Positions 19,780-30,135 are shown, counted from the stretch's first letter. The stretch: DNA of 64,000 nt from an uncultured delta proteobacterium (GCA_963737265.1 CAVTRY010000014.1:32001-96000), one strand, 5' to 3'. Numbers and translations are program-made. Notes: generated from the letters alone by a model not told the origin.

Positions 19780-21496
19780 ATGTTGACGAGAAGCTCGAGA
19801 ATCGGTCGCTGCAGGAAATGGGCAGGTCGTTTCTTCCTGGGGTTCTTCGTCATCGCGGCGTACCCGGAAGCGTCGTGGGCGTTGACCCAGGCGACGCTGA
19901 CGGAAAGTAACGCGCAAGGGAGTCCTTGGACCTTTGTCGTGGGAGCCCCGCCTCCTGCGACCATCCCCACGCTAAGCCAATGGGGGCTTGTCATTTTTGC
20001 GCTGCTCATTGCCGCGCTTGCGTTCAAGTACCTGCGGTGGCATCGCGGCCCGGCCGGGGCCGCGCTGATCTTCGTCGTGCTCTGGTGGGCCCGAATGGTG
20101 TTGGGCTCCGCGGGATGGCCGCTCGGGACGGCGAGCCATGAACCAAGCTTGTCGATCACGGGCACGACGAGCACGCTGACCATGCGCTCTCCGCTCAACC
20201 CCACCGCGGGCCAGGGCTCCGTGTTCATCGCGGCCCAGCTCGCTCCGGTCAGCGGCGACAATGTCACGGGGATGGTGCTGCACTATCAGAAGAATGGAGA
20301 CGGCAGCATTTGGCGAACAGCGGCCGGCTCCCGCTGGGGAGCGCCCGCGTGCAGTAACTGCTGGGCGGCCTCGCTGCCGCTCGGGGACTACGCTGCGAAT
20401 TACCAGCTTCGCTATTACCTGTCGGTCGCCACGAGCGCGGGCGGGCCGGCCTACCTTTGCTCGTCGAGCGGCCAGTGTACGGGGGTGACGTGCGGCGCGC
20501 ACAGCACCTGCGTCGACGGCGGCTGCCGCTGCAACAGCAACTGGACTGGGCCGAGCTGCTCTGCGTGCGCATCGGGCTATTACGGCAACGCGTGCACTCT
20601 CTGCCCGAGCTGCGGACCACACGGAAGCTGTCTCGACGGCCTTGCTGGCAACGGCACCTGCACCTGCGAGGCGAATTACTCCGGAGCCAACTGCGGCACC
20701 GTGATCGACCCGTGCGTCGGTGTGACGTGCGGCGCGAACCGCACCTGCGTCGGCGGCAGATGTGTGTGCGACAGCAACTGGACGGGAGGGGATCTGCGCC
20801 GTATGCGCGTCGGGATACTACGGGGTTGCATGTTCTCCATGCCCGAGCTGTGGAGGTCACGGGGCATGTGTGGACGGCCTTGCCGGCGACGGCACCTGCA
20901 GCTGCGATAGCGATTGGGCAGGAGGGAGCTGCGCCGCGTGCGCGTCGGACTACTATGGTGCTGCATGTGCTCCGTGCCCGAACTGCGGACCACACGGGAC
21001 CTGTGTGGACGGCCTTTCAGGCGATGGTACCTGCAGCTGCGAGGCAAACTACTCTGGTGCCGACTGCAGCGCCGTGATTGACCCGTGCGTCGGTGTGACT
21101 TGCGGAACCCACAGCACCTGCGCCGGCGGCAGCTGTGTGTGCAATGGCAACTGGACGGGAGGGAGCTGCGCCACGTGCGCGTCGGGATACTACGGGGCTG
21201 CATGTGCTCCGTGTCCGAGCTGTGGAGCTCACGGGACCTGTGTGGACGGCCTTGCCGGCGACGGCACCTGCAGCTGCGATGAGAGCTACACCGGTTCGGA
21301 CTGCACCTCGTGTTTGTACATGCACCTGCCCAACGGAGACTGCGTGGACAACTGCACAATCGACCCCGGCTACCCCTACGTGTTTGGCACGGAGTGCGTG
21401 GACGTGTGTCCGGTCGGGACGGTGTTGTCCATCGGCAACTTCTGCGTGTCTGACCAGGGCGATGACGAAATTCCGTCTGGACCTCCGAACCAATAA
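19780..21496 (+). CDS. IPTL-CTERM-motif protein (internal motif) with EGF/laminin-like repeats (frameshift near 20790)
   Basis: Signal-like N-terminus; IPTLSQWGLVIFALLIAALAFKYLRWHR at about aa 62; second hydrophobic segment; beta domain; tandem CPSCGxHGxCxDGLxGxGTCxC repeats spanning ORFs 19471..20910 and 20762..21496. Confidence 0.85.
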
Positions 21497-21615
21497 GGTC
21501 GAACGGCCTCACCATGAACTCTGCCAGACCCTCAGCCAGCGCTGGTCCCTTTCCTGACCTACTACCTCCGAGATTCTTCGCGTGGCGCGACGATTTTTCC
21601 AGTTGTCGCGTCGTG

Positions 21616-21906
21616 AGGCTTCAGGCTCCAGGCTCCAGGCTTCAGGCTGAAGAACTGTCCAAAAATTGGACAGTTCTTCAGCAGCCGAGCCAAGGGCTCG
21701 GCCGCAGGTGGGGTGAAGTCCGCGAATTTACTTCGCGGACGAGGGGAGGGCAGCGGCCCTCCCTTCAAAAATCTTCAAGACGGGTCCATTTATGGACACG
21801 TCTTGAGGTGCCGGCTCATTCGTCGAGGTCCAGGAAACTGATCGCTGCTCTCGACGGAGCAGCTGTAGCCTGTAGCCTGGAGTCTGTAGTCTGTAGCCTG
21901 GAGCCT
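21616..21906. repeat. Nested repeat cluster: inverted heptamer arrays around palindromic elements
   Basis: (AGGCTYC)n at 21616-21648, reverse-sense (CTGKAGY)n at 21863-21906, with repeat C and a mini repeat A inside. Confidence 0.75.
21651..21759. repeat. Intergenic repeat family C, copy 1
   Basis: AGAACTGTCCAA-AAA-TTGGACAGTTCT palindrome plus CAGCAGCCGAGCCAAGGGC...GAAGTCCGCGAATTTACTTCGCG; also found at 55435. Confidence 0.85.
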
Positions 21907-21956
21907 TTGGTTGTGCGCGAACCCCACGCCGGGTCGCTCGATAGCGGCGGGACGAG

Positions 21957-22517
21957 ATGAGCCGTCTCGGGATCCAGCCGGCCTTGGGCAAGGGCGATGG
22001 GCCCTGCGCGCCCGAGCACGCGCGCCCGAAGTATCGCTCTTGGCTCAAATTCGTCGTCCTCTTCGCGGTCATCTTCGTCGCTGGCACCAAGGCGCACGAG
22101 GTAACGCGAGCGCGCCTGGCGCCATTCCTCGTCGGCACGCTCACCGTGAAACCGAGTGCGGCGTTCATCAACCTCGTCACGCCTTCCGAAGGGACCAAAG
22201 CCGTCGGGAACCTGCTCAAGGGGCAGGTGACCATCCGGGTAGGCCAGGGATGCGACGGCATCGATGGCTTGCTGCTACTCCTCGCCGCCGTGCTTGCCTT
22301 TCCCACGACCGCGAGGGCGAAATTCACAGCGCTCGCTGCCGGCGTGCCCCTCGTCTACACCTGCAACCTGGTGCGCATCGTTGCGCTTTACCAGGTCCAG
22401 CGCCACGCGCCGCTCTACTTCGATCTAATGCACGCCTACGTTGGCCAGACGGTCATCATCATCGTCGGTTGTGGCTTCTTCTTGTTCTGGATGCGCAGTC
22501 AGGCGCGGACGGAATGA
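21957..22517 (+). CDS. Exosortase (XrtH/XrtM-like)
   Basis: Multi-TM protein with catalytic Cys (GCDG), Arg (NLVRIVALY) and His (LMHAYVGQ). Confidence 0.9.
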   Translation: MSRLGIQPALGKGDGPCAPEHARPKYRSWLKFVVLFAVIFVAGTKAHEVTRARLAPFLVGTLTVKPSAAFINLVTPSEGTKAVGNLLKGQVTIRVGQGCDGIDGLLLLLAAVLAFPTTARAKFTALAAGVPLVYTCNLVRIVALYQVQRHAPLYFDLMHAYVGQTVIIIVGCGFFLFWMRSQARTE

Positions 22518-22518
22518 A

Positions 22519-23106
22519 ATGATGGCCGGACGCAAGCATGTCAACGCGGTCTTGCGAGGCGTGGCGGCCTACGCGGTCCTTTGCCTCGGCTCCTACTTCT
22601 TTGGCGCGTCCCTTGTTTGCGCCTTGGCGCCAGCGTTCAAGCTCGAGATCGAGTCCTTGGGCCCCGAGCACAAGGTCACCGAGTTTCGCGTCGAACGAGC
22701 CATCGTAAACCTGAGGATCGAGAATGAAGGTGGTCGGCAGGCCGAGGTTCAGGTCAGGTTCCACCACTTCGGGTTCACCTACCCGATTCTGGTCCTGTCG
22801 CTGCTTGCAGCATGGCCGTTCCCGTCGCTGACCAGGCGGTTGTTGGCGCTCGGCATCGGGGCTCTCCTCGCCACTGCGGTCGTGATGATCGATCTGCCGG
22901 CCGAAGTGTTGCTCAGCTTGGCCGAACGTGCGCCGAAGAAACCATTCTTCGTGTCCTTCTTCTTCGAGAACGGCGGCAGGCAATTCTTGGCGTTGATGAT
23001 CTTCCTATTGTCCCTTGCCGCCAGTGGTTTTGCCTCCGCGTGGTGGCGGGCCGTTCGCGGGGCGAGGCCTGGCCGCACGGTTCGACGGCGTCCCTCTGTC
23101 CGGTGA
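22519..23106 (+). CDS. Exosortase-associated membrane protein
   Basis: About four hydrophobic segments (YPILVLSLLAAWP...). Starts 1 nt after the exosortase stop. Confidence 0.7.
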   Translation: MMAGRKHVNAVLRGVAAYAVLCLGSYFFGASLVCALAPAFKLEIESLGPEHKVTEFRVERAIVNLRIENEGGRQAEVQVRFHHFGFTYPILVLSLLAAWPFPSLTRRLLALGIGALLATAVVMIDLPAEVLLSLAERAPKKPFFVSFFFENGGRQFLALMIFLLSLAASGFASAWWRAVRGARPGRTVRRRPSVR

Positions 23107-23173
23107 TCGATCTCCGCGCCGGTGTCGTGAGCAAGAGTCGCGCTATGGGTGCAGCGCCGGTACACTAGGCGCC

Positions 23174-24593
23174 ATGCCGGTTCGGCTGTCGCGGGGAAGG
23201 CTGCTTGCCAAATTGCTGGTGGCCATGCTGGTGCCCGCGATTTTGGCCTTGGTTCTGTTCGGCGCGGCGGCTTACGAAGTGGCGCGGCGGGTGCTCGAAG
23301 ACGAGCTCGGGCGGCGATTGGCCACGGCGGCGACCTCGGTGGCGATGTTGGTTCTGCCCGAACAGCTGTCGGCGATCGGCGCTGGCGACGAACAGTCGAA
23401 CACCTACGCCAACCTTCGCCGGCGTGTTCGAGCAAGCACGCGATCGTCTGGCGGTGCGGCGCGTGTTGTTGGTGGCGCGCGATCTCACCGTGCGCGGAGA
23501 TAGCGAGAAGCTGGTTGAGCTGGGCGCGCGCGCGCATGAGCTGGGCGCCGACGCGCCCGAGATCGAGAAGGCGGCCCTCGGGCAGGCCACGGCATCGCCG
23601 CTATTTCTCGGCCGCGATGGGCTGCCCTACAAACGCGGCTACGCTCGTATCGGCAATCCGGCGACCGGTTTCGCCGTGGTCGAGGCCAGCGCCCAGTACC
23701 TAGAGGCGCTGGCGGCCTTTCGGCGTTGGCTCGTCTTGGGCGGTGTCGTCAGCGTCGCCATCATCGTGGTGCTGGCGGCGTGGCTCTCCCGGCGCATGAC
23801 CGGGCCGCTCGAACGTCTGGCTGGCGCGGCCGAGCGCATCGGGCGGGGCGATCTGACGGGCGCGGTCGCGGTCGAGACGCGCGATGAGATTGGCTACCTG
23901 GCCCTGCGCCTCGATCAAATGCGCGAGGCCCTGCACGCGCGCGACGAGCGCATGCAGATGATGCTGGCGGGAATCGCGCACGAAGTTCGCAATCCTCTGG
24001 GTGGACTTGAGCTCTATGCCGGGCTCTTGCGCGAAGGGCTGACCGAGCAGCCGGAACGCTTGGCCGAGATCGCGCGCGTCGACCGCGAGATTGGCTATCT
24101 CAAGAATGTCGTCACGGACTTTCTCGATTTTGCTCGACGACCTCCTCCGGTGATGGAAGAAGTCCCGGCAGCGCAACTGCTGCAGGAGACCGCGGACGTG
24201 TGCCGGTCGCCTGGCCGTTCCACGACGCTTCGGGTGGAATGTGAGCCGAGCCTCGTGGCTTTTGCCGACCGAGCTCAGCTTCGCCGGGCGCTCATCAATC
24301 TCGCGAAGAACGCCATCGCGGCGGCCGGTCCCTCGGGGCAAGTGGTGCTCGCCGCTCGCGTCGACCCCGACACGCGCCAGCGCATTGAATGGGAAGTCCG
24401 CGACAGTGGCAGCGGCGTGCCGGACGAAATTCACGACAAGATCTTCGCGCCCTTCTTCACCACGCGCGAGCAGGGCACCGGTCTCGGCCTAGCCTTCGTG
24501 CAGGAGATCGCGCGCGATCATGGCGGCGAGGTCAGCGTGGATCGCGGCCCCGAGGGCGGGGCGCGCTTTCGCTTCACCAGCACACGCGCTTAG
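23174..24593 (+). CDS. HAMP-domain sensor histidine kinase (frameshift near 23427)
   Basis: The first TM is in ORF 23015..23503. HAMP, AHEVRNPL, NLAKNA, DSGSG, PFFTT and GTGLGL are in ORF 23205..24593. Confidence 0.9.
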
Positions 24594-24749
24594 GGCTCGT
24601 CAGAGGATATCTGCAACGATTTGGACGCCGATCCATCCCGGCTGGCTTTGTTGCTCGTCGTCGCAATACGTCGAGTATTCCTCCTCCTCGCGCCTCGCCA
24701 GCCGGGCGCCTCGTCGCCCAACTCGTAGCATCTATTCTCTGACGAGCCC
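24593..24749. mobile_element. MITE-like repeat family B, copy 1
   Basis: TIR GGGCTCGTCAGAG...CTCTGACGAGCCC, flanks TTA/TCA. A second copy is at 27604 and an internal fragment at 6941-6971. Confidence 0.8.
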
Positions 24750-24752
24750 TCA

Positions 24753-24911
24753 AGACGTGTCTATCAATCGCAGACCGAGCCCCGGCCGAGCGAGCAAGCC
24801 CGCCCGCGAGGCGCGACGAGCGCGCATAGCGCGGGCTATGTAAGCGAGGAGAAACGAAGCGGGCGGGCTGCGCAGCCGGACGGGCGACGGGAGCGATTGA
24901 TGGACACGTCT
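24753..24911. mobile_element. MITE-like repeat family A, copy 1
   Basis: TIR AGACGTGTCTATCAAT...ATTGATGGACACGTCT flanked by TCA/TCA. Inverted relative to the copies at 27446 and 42934. Confidence 0.85.
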
Positions 24912-25736
24912 TCAGTGGCGCACGAGGCTGAGCACGATTTCGAGAACGATCAGAAAGACCACGGTGGCTTCGAGCATGAAAAGCCTGCGGTCGCGCGCTA
25001 CATCGGTGATGATCTCCAGTGTGTCCTGCACGCTGCGCAGCTTCAGCTCCAGCGATTGGTAGCGGTCGACCAGATCGAACTCGGCACGCAGTTTATGATA
25101 GATGCGATCCGCGCCGGGGTCGTCCCACGCGGCGTCGGGTTTGTCGAGCAGATGCAGGATGGAAAGCACCTCGCTGCGCGTGCCCACGGTGGCACCGATG
25201 AACTTGTGCAGGTGCTTCGTGCGCATGGGCATGGTGCCCGCCTTTTCCAGCTCGCCGCCCAGCTTGTCGGTTTCCACGAACATCTGGTCCACGATGCTTT
25301 CGTAGTAATCCATCGCCGCGCTCTGGGCCACGCTCAGCGCCACCACGCTGGCGCGCTCGAAGGTCAGCGCGTCGACCACCAGGACGCCGTCGCCGATGTC
25401 GGGCCGGACTTCGGGTGCCTCGCGCACGGTGAGCTCTTCGTTGATGACCTGCGACTTGGTGAGCCCAGGTCGCGCGCGGCGGAGGCGGTCTAGTTCGGAC
25501 GTGCGAATTTCGGGCCGGACGTTGTGGAACACCACTGCGCCGAAGGGATAGACGTACACCGTTCCGCCCGAGGGAGGATGGAACCAGAGCTCGCGCGGCG
25601 ATCGCTTGGCCTCGGGATAGGCCGCCGCCAACTCTTTGAGCGGCAGGTTCTCCACGAATGCGGTGGCGAAGAACGAATGGATGGAACCGCTGTTGGTTTC
25701 GGGCATCGACGTGGGGCAGTGCGACTTGGACGCCAT
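24912..25736 (-). CDS. RMD1/DUF155 family protein
   Basis: YPFGAVVFHN, VAQSAAMDYYE, LLDKPDAAWD, EFDLVDRYQSLELKL, C-terminal TM. Confidence 0.88.
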   Translation of the reverse strand: MASKSHCPTSMPETNSGSIHSFFATAFVENLPLKELAAAYPEAKRSPRELWFHPPSGGTVYVYPFGAVVFHNVRPEIRTSELDRLRRARPGLTKSQVINEELTVREAPEVRPDIGDGVLVVDALTFERASVVALSVAQSAAMDYYESIVDQMFVETDKLGGELEKAGTMPMRTKHLHKFIGATVGTRSEVLSILHLLDKPDAAWDDPGADRIYHKLRAEFDLVDRYQSLELKLRSVQDTLEIITDVARDRRLFMLEATVVFLIVLEIVLSLVRH

Positions 25737-25818
25737 CCGATCATAGTACAAAAATCAAAGGACAAAAATGATCGCGTTAGGGCAGCGAAATTCGTGTGTG
25801 GAATGGTAAAGAAGCAAG

Positions 25819-26958
25819 GTGGACCTAGACCTGACAGATGCACAGAAAGCCCTTCGCGACCAGGCACGCGAGATCTCCTTGCACGAGATCGCTCCCAAGG
25901 CCGCCGAGATCGATCGTCGGCAACTCTTCCCGCGTGAAGCCGTCAGACGGCTGGCCGAGGTCGGCATGCTGGGCGTCGCCGTGCCCAAGGCTTGGGGCGG
26001 GCTGGGACTCGACATGGTCGCTTGCACGCTCATGATCGAGGAGCTGGCGAGCGCCTGCGCGTCCACCGCGGCCGTCGTCGCGTTGCAAAACCTGCTGGTG
26101 TGCGAGCCGATCCTGCGTTTCGGCAGCGAGGCACAGAAGCGCGCCTGGCTGCCCCTGCTCGCGACCGGCACGAAGCTCGGTTGTTTCGCATTGACCGAGC
26201 CGAATGGCGGCTCCGACTTGGCGGCCATCGCAATGCTGGCGCGACGCCAAGGTGACATCTGGATCTTGCGCGGCACCAAGAGCTTCGTGACCTGCGGCAG
26301 GGATGCGCATCTTGCCATCGTTTTTGCCGTCGGCGAGATTGGCGAGAAGAAAACGCTGTCCGCATTTCTCGTGCCAACCGACAGCCCCGGCCTTTCGTTC
26401 GGGCCAACCTACGACAAACTCGGCCTGCGCGGCGCCGTCGCAGCATCGATGATCATCGAGGATGTTCGCCTGCCGTCAAGCGCGTTGCTCGGCGGCGAGG
26501 GCAGTGGCCTCGAGGTTATGCGCTTCGCCCTCGAGGGCGGACGCATCGGGGCTGCCGCTTCGTGCTTGGGTATTGCGCGCGCCGCGTTCACGGCCGCCAT
26601 CCGCTACGCGCTCACCCGGCGCACGCAGGGCGAACCCATCGCCCAGCACCAAGCCATCCAGTTCAAGCTGGCGGACATGTCGACCCAGATCGACGCCGCC
26701 CGGCTTCTCACCTGGCGTGCGGCCGCTTCGCGCGATGCCGGCACGCCGCTTGGCTCGCAGCCTTCGATGGCCAAGCTGGTCGCCTCGGAGGTCGCCAGCC
26801 ACGTTGCAAGCGATGCCGTGCAGGTCCTTGGCGCCAACGGTTGCCTGGCTGAATACGCGGTCGAGCGTCACTTTCGCGACGCCAAGGTCACCGAAATCTA
26901 CGAAGGCACCAGCGAGATCCAGCGACTGACCATTGCATCTGTGTTGCTAAAGGACTAA
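25819..26958 (+). CDS. Acyl-CoA dehydrogenase
   Basis: FALTEPNGGSD, KLGLRG, GRIGAAA, QFKLADM, RDAKVTEIYEGTSEIQR. Confidence 0.96.
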   Translation: MDLDLTDAQKALRDQAREISLHEIAPKAAEIDRRQLFPREAVRRLAEVGMLGVAVPKAWGGLGLDMVACTLMIEELASACASTAAVVALQNLLVCEPILRFGSEAQKRAWLPLLATGTKLGCFALTEPNGGSDLAAIAMLARRQGDIWILRGTKSFVTCGRDAHLAIVFAVGEIGEKKTLSAFLVPTDSPGLSFGPTYDKLGLRGAVAASMIIEDVRLPSSALLGGEGSGLEVMRFALEGGRIGAAASCLGIARAAFTAAIRYALTRRTQGEPIAQHQAIQFKLADMSTQIDAARLLTWRAAASRDAGTPLGSQPSMAKLVASEVASHVASDAVQVLGANGCLAEYAVERHFRDAKVTEIYEGTSEIQRLTIASVLLKD

Positions 26959-27004
26959 GACCGGCGTTGTCTTCCCCGAAACCAATGCTGCGGAGGGTTA
27001 AGAG

Positions 27005-27445
27005 ATGAGGATGAACGCACTGCTGTTCGCAATGGGAACTTGTCTTGCGCTGAGCGCCTGCGCCACCAGCGGATCCACGGGCGACGACCAGTCCGTTCCC
27101 GTCCTTGTGCGCGGTGGCCAAGAGGTACAAATGGACACCGCCGGCATTCCGCCCGACAAGCAGGCCGACATTTATCTTGTGTTGCAGCAGCGCGATGCAT
27201 CCGCCCGAAAGTGCTACCAGGATGTGCTCAACGAGAAGCACACCCGCGAGTTCAAAGGCACGGTAAGGATTCTGCTTTCCCTCAACACCAACGGCAGTGC
27301 GAAGACCGTCAAGATCACGGGCGGGACGCTGAACAACAAGGACGTGGAAGACTGCCTGGTACAGACGGTCAAGGAATTCGAGTTCCCCAAGCTCGATAGA
27401 GCCGGCGACCTTCAGTACGACTACACCTTCGAGCCCCAGTACTAA
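27005..27445 (+). CDS. Lipoprotein with AgmX/PglI C-terminal (TonB-C-like) domain
   Basis: Lipobox LSAC; RKCYQDVL, GTVRILL, VEDCLVQTVKEFEFP, YDYTF. Confidence 0.8.
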   Translation: MRMNALLFAMGTCLALSACATSGSTGDDQSVPVLVRGGQEVQMDTAGIPPDKQADIYLVLQQRDASARKCYQDVLNEKHTREFKGTVRILLSLNTNGSAKTVKITGGTLNNKDVEDCLVQTVKEFEFPKLDRAGDLQYDYTFEPQY

Positions 27446-27600
27446 AGACGTGTCCATCAATCGCTCCCGTCGCCCGTCCGGCTGCGCAGCCCGCCCGCTT
27501 CGTTTCTCCTCGCTTACATAGCCCGCGCTATGCGCGCTCGTCGCGCCTCGCGGGCGGGGCTTGCTCGCTCGGCCGGGGCTCGGTCTGCGATTACACGTCT
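27446..27600. mobile_element. MITE-like repeat family A, copy 2
   Basis: TAA|AGACGTGTCCATCAAT...ACACGTCT|TAA. The left TAA is the upstream stop codon. Confidence 0.85.
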
Positions 27601-27603
27601 TAA

Positions 27604-27751
27604 GGGCTCGTCAGAGAATATCTGCAACGATTTGGACGACGATCCCATCCGGCTGGCGTCGTTGCTCGTCGTCGCAATACGTCGAGTAGTCCTCCTCCTC
27701 GCGTCTCGCCAGCCGGGCGCCTCGTCGCCCAACTTATTCTTCGACGAGCCC
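27604..27751. mobile_element. MITE-like repeat family B, copy 2
   Basis: TAA|GGGCTCGTC...GACGAGCCC|TAA. Confidence 0.82.
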
Positions 27752-27865
27752 TAAATTTCCCCACCAATAGGCGGAACAGGCGGTCTCCTATGGGAAGGTT
27801 GCGACACGAAAAGTGTGATTTCGGATCCTTCCATCATGAAAGAAGTGTATAATGGCTCACGAAGT

Positions 27866-28684
27866 ATGAGGTTAAAATCATCTCTTCTGGCGTCCTGGGT
27901 TGCAATTCTTTGGCTTGGCTGCGCGTCTCAGCCCGAGGTACGCGAGACCTCGGGAAATGACCGCCCGGCCAAGGCGAAACATCGCGGTTGGGGAAGCGGA
28001 CAGGTCGCGAGCGACGACAATGCCATGGGGATGGAAATGTCCATGGGCGTGCTCGACGAGCGCGAGGTGGACCGGGCCATCAAGCCGCACGAGGCGGCGC
28101 TGTCGACCTGCTTTTCGCGGGCCGGGGACGCGCGCAAGTATCTTTCCGGCCAGGTGGTGATGCGCTTCGTGGTCTCGGCGGATGGCCAGGTTTCCGATGT
28201 GCAGGTGGTCAGGAACGCACTCGGCAGTTACCCCGTCGAGCGTTGCCTGGTGTCCGAGGGCAAGCGAATCGTGTTTCCGCCGCCGGAGGGCCGGCGCGGC
28301 ACGGACTTCGAATACTCGATGGAATTTCAATCCACGGGCGAGCGCAGCGTGATTCCGTGGAGCGGCGAAGAGATGGCCCGGCACCTCTTCAGCGTGTCTT
28401 CCGAGATGGCCAATTGCGGGTCGCTCGGCGCGCAGGACGTGGATGTGATTGCCTATGTCGAGGCCGGCGGCGCGGTTGGCTCCGTCGGGTTCGCCTCGCA
28501 AGGATCCATCGATCCTGAGGCGGCCGCGTGCGCAGCGTCCTTGATTCGCCGGGTTCACATCAGCGACGCTCCGGCTTCTCGCTCCACCATCGTTCTTCGC
28601 GCAACATTTCCCATGACCCTGGCCTTCGAGCGTCCGAACGCGGACTTTCGCAAGCCGTTCAAGCGCGCCAAGCACCGCCAGTAG
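27866..28684 (+). CDS. Lipoprotein with AgmX/PglI C-terminal-like domain(s)
   Basis: Lipobox WLGC; GQVVMRFVVSADGQV, VERCL, FPPPEG. TATAAT at 27848-27853. Confidence 0.78.
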   Translation: MRLKSSLLASWVAILWLGCASQPEVRETSGNDRPAKAKHRGWGSGQVASDDNAMGMEMSMGVLDEREVDRAIKPHEAALSTCFSRAGDARKYLSGQVVMRFVVSADGQVSDVQVVRNALGSYPVERCLVSEGKRIVFPPPEGRRGTDFEYSMEFQSTGERSVIPWSGEEMARHLFSVSSEMANCGSLGAQDVDVIAYVEAGGAVGSVGFASQGSIDPEAAACAASLIRRVHISDAPASRSTIVLRATFPMTLAFERPNADFRKPFKRAKHRQ

Positions 28685-28694
28685 GGTTTGGTTT

Positions 28695-30107
28695 CTATCG
28701 CGGCCGGGTGAGGGCTGCGCGCGCCAACGCCGTGGCGACGTTGAGCAGCCGCCGCAGCTCGTCGGCTGTTGTCTCGGCGCGGACTTGCAAGGTATTTCCG
28801 TCGCGCGACGGCTGGGCACGGCCGACCAGGGCAGAAAAGCCGCTTAGCAGCACAAGCGGATTGGCGAGAAGCTTGTGCTTCCAAGTCGGGAGGTCGCGCT
28901 CCCACTGATCCGCATCGGCCGCGGTATTGAATTCGGCAGTGATTTCGATGAACGGTGCTTCGGCGCCCACCACCAGGGTGATCGTCTCGGGCACCGGACC
29001 CGAGCCCACCGGTCGTGGTGGGCTGTCGTCGCTGGCGCCGCGAGTGGCGGGCACGACATAGCCTGGGGCGCCGCTTGGGAAAAGTAGGCGCGTGGCGGTC
29101 ATCATGAAAGCAGCATCGTCGGGCATGGCGCTGTCTTCGGCATCGAGGCGCGCCACGAGGTCGTGCCAGCTCACCCGACCTGCTGGTTTACGAGACGGAT
29201 TTACTCCTCTTTCGCCGGCCCCACCCGCGTCGACGGCGCTGTCTGGCCAAGCCGGCGCGGCAGAGCCCAGCAGGAGCGCCGTATAGGCTGGGGGCGCGAT
29301 GATTGCCAAAGATGGTTCGGGCAACGCCAGGATACGGTCGTCCCGATCGAGCGCTGTCGTCGGCGTCGACGGGTTTTGGGCCGGACGGCGAATCCCAACC
29401 GGGCGGCCGTCCACCGGCCGCCACTCGATGAGCTTGCGTGCGGCTTTCGCGCCGCGATCCAACCCGGATCTGATGGCAGCGTCGGTCAGGTGGTGGCGTG
29501 CGGCCAAGAACGTCACTGCATCGTCCGCCGGATTGGGTGTGGCGATGAGCAAGCTGTCGAAGTCGCGGTAGAGATCGAAGCCCGTGTCGTCGATGAGCCG
29601 GTGGCGATCCGGAAGTAGCTTGAGCAGCTGATCCACGGACGCGATGGTGGCATCGTGGTCGGGCGAGGCGCGCAGGCGATCGAGGCGTAGGAGCGCGAGA
29701 AGCCTCGAACCCTCCGGTCCGTTTTCGCGCAAATCGCCCGGCCGGCGGCGGCCACCGTCCACGCCGCCACCGTCTCTGCCCTGCGCGGCCATGGCGTCTG
29801 GGTTTGCCGCAGCCGCGCCCGCATCGGGGCTGGATGGGATGGCGACACCTTCGCGAGCAACCGTCATGTGATGTCTAGGTTTGGCCGCGACCACGTGTGG
29901 GACGCTTCCCGTCCCGGGCTGCCGACTGGGCCTCGGCCCAAACGGTAGCTCCTTCACCACGTCCACCGAGATGGCTTGCATCCGCACCGACGGCACGAGC
30001 GAGAAGGTGTGCCACAGTCCAAACGCAACCGCGCCCGCAAGCACAGCCAAGTGCATGGCAAGGGAAACGGTCAGAGCCAGGAGGCCACGGCGCATTTTCA
30101 AGGACAA
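28695..30107 (-). CDS. Membrane-anchored hypothetical protein
   Basis: 470-aa ORF with N-terminal TM containing SxxxH (VSLAMHLAVL) and a low-complexity linker. Confidence 0.7.
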   Translation of the reverse strand: MSLKMRRGLLALTVSLAMHLAVLAGAVAFGLWHTFSLVPSVRMQAISVDVVKELPFGPRPSRQPGTGSVPHVVAAKPRHHMTVAREGVAIPSSPDAGAAAANPDAMAAQGRDGGGVDGGRRRPGDLRENGPEGSRLLALLRLDRLRASPDHDATIASVDQLLKLLPDRHRLIDDTGFDLYRDFDSLLIATPNPADDAVTFLAARHHLTDAAIRSGLDRGAKAARKLIEWRPVDGRPVGIRRPAQNPSTPTTALDRDDRILALPEPSLAIIAPPAYTALLLGSAAPAWPDSAVDAGGAGERGVNPSRKPAGRVSWHDLVARLDAEDSAMPDDAAFMMTATRLLFPSGAPGYVVPATRGASDDSPPRPVGSGPVPETITLVVGAEAPFIEITAEFNTAADADQWERDLPTWKHKLLANPLVLLSGFSALVGRAQPSRDGNTLQVRAETTADELRRLLNVATALARAALTRPR

Positions 30108-30135
30108 TAGACCGCCGGCCGGGCGGCTTCAGTCA

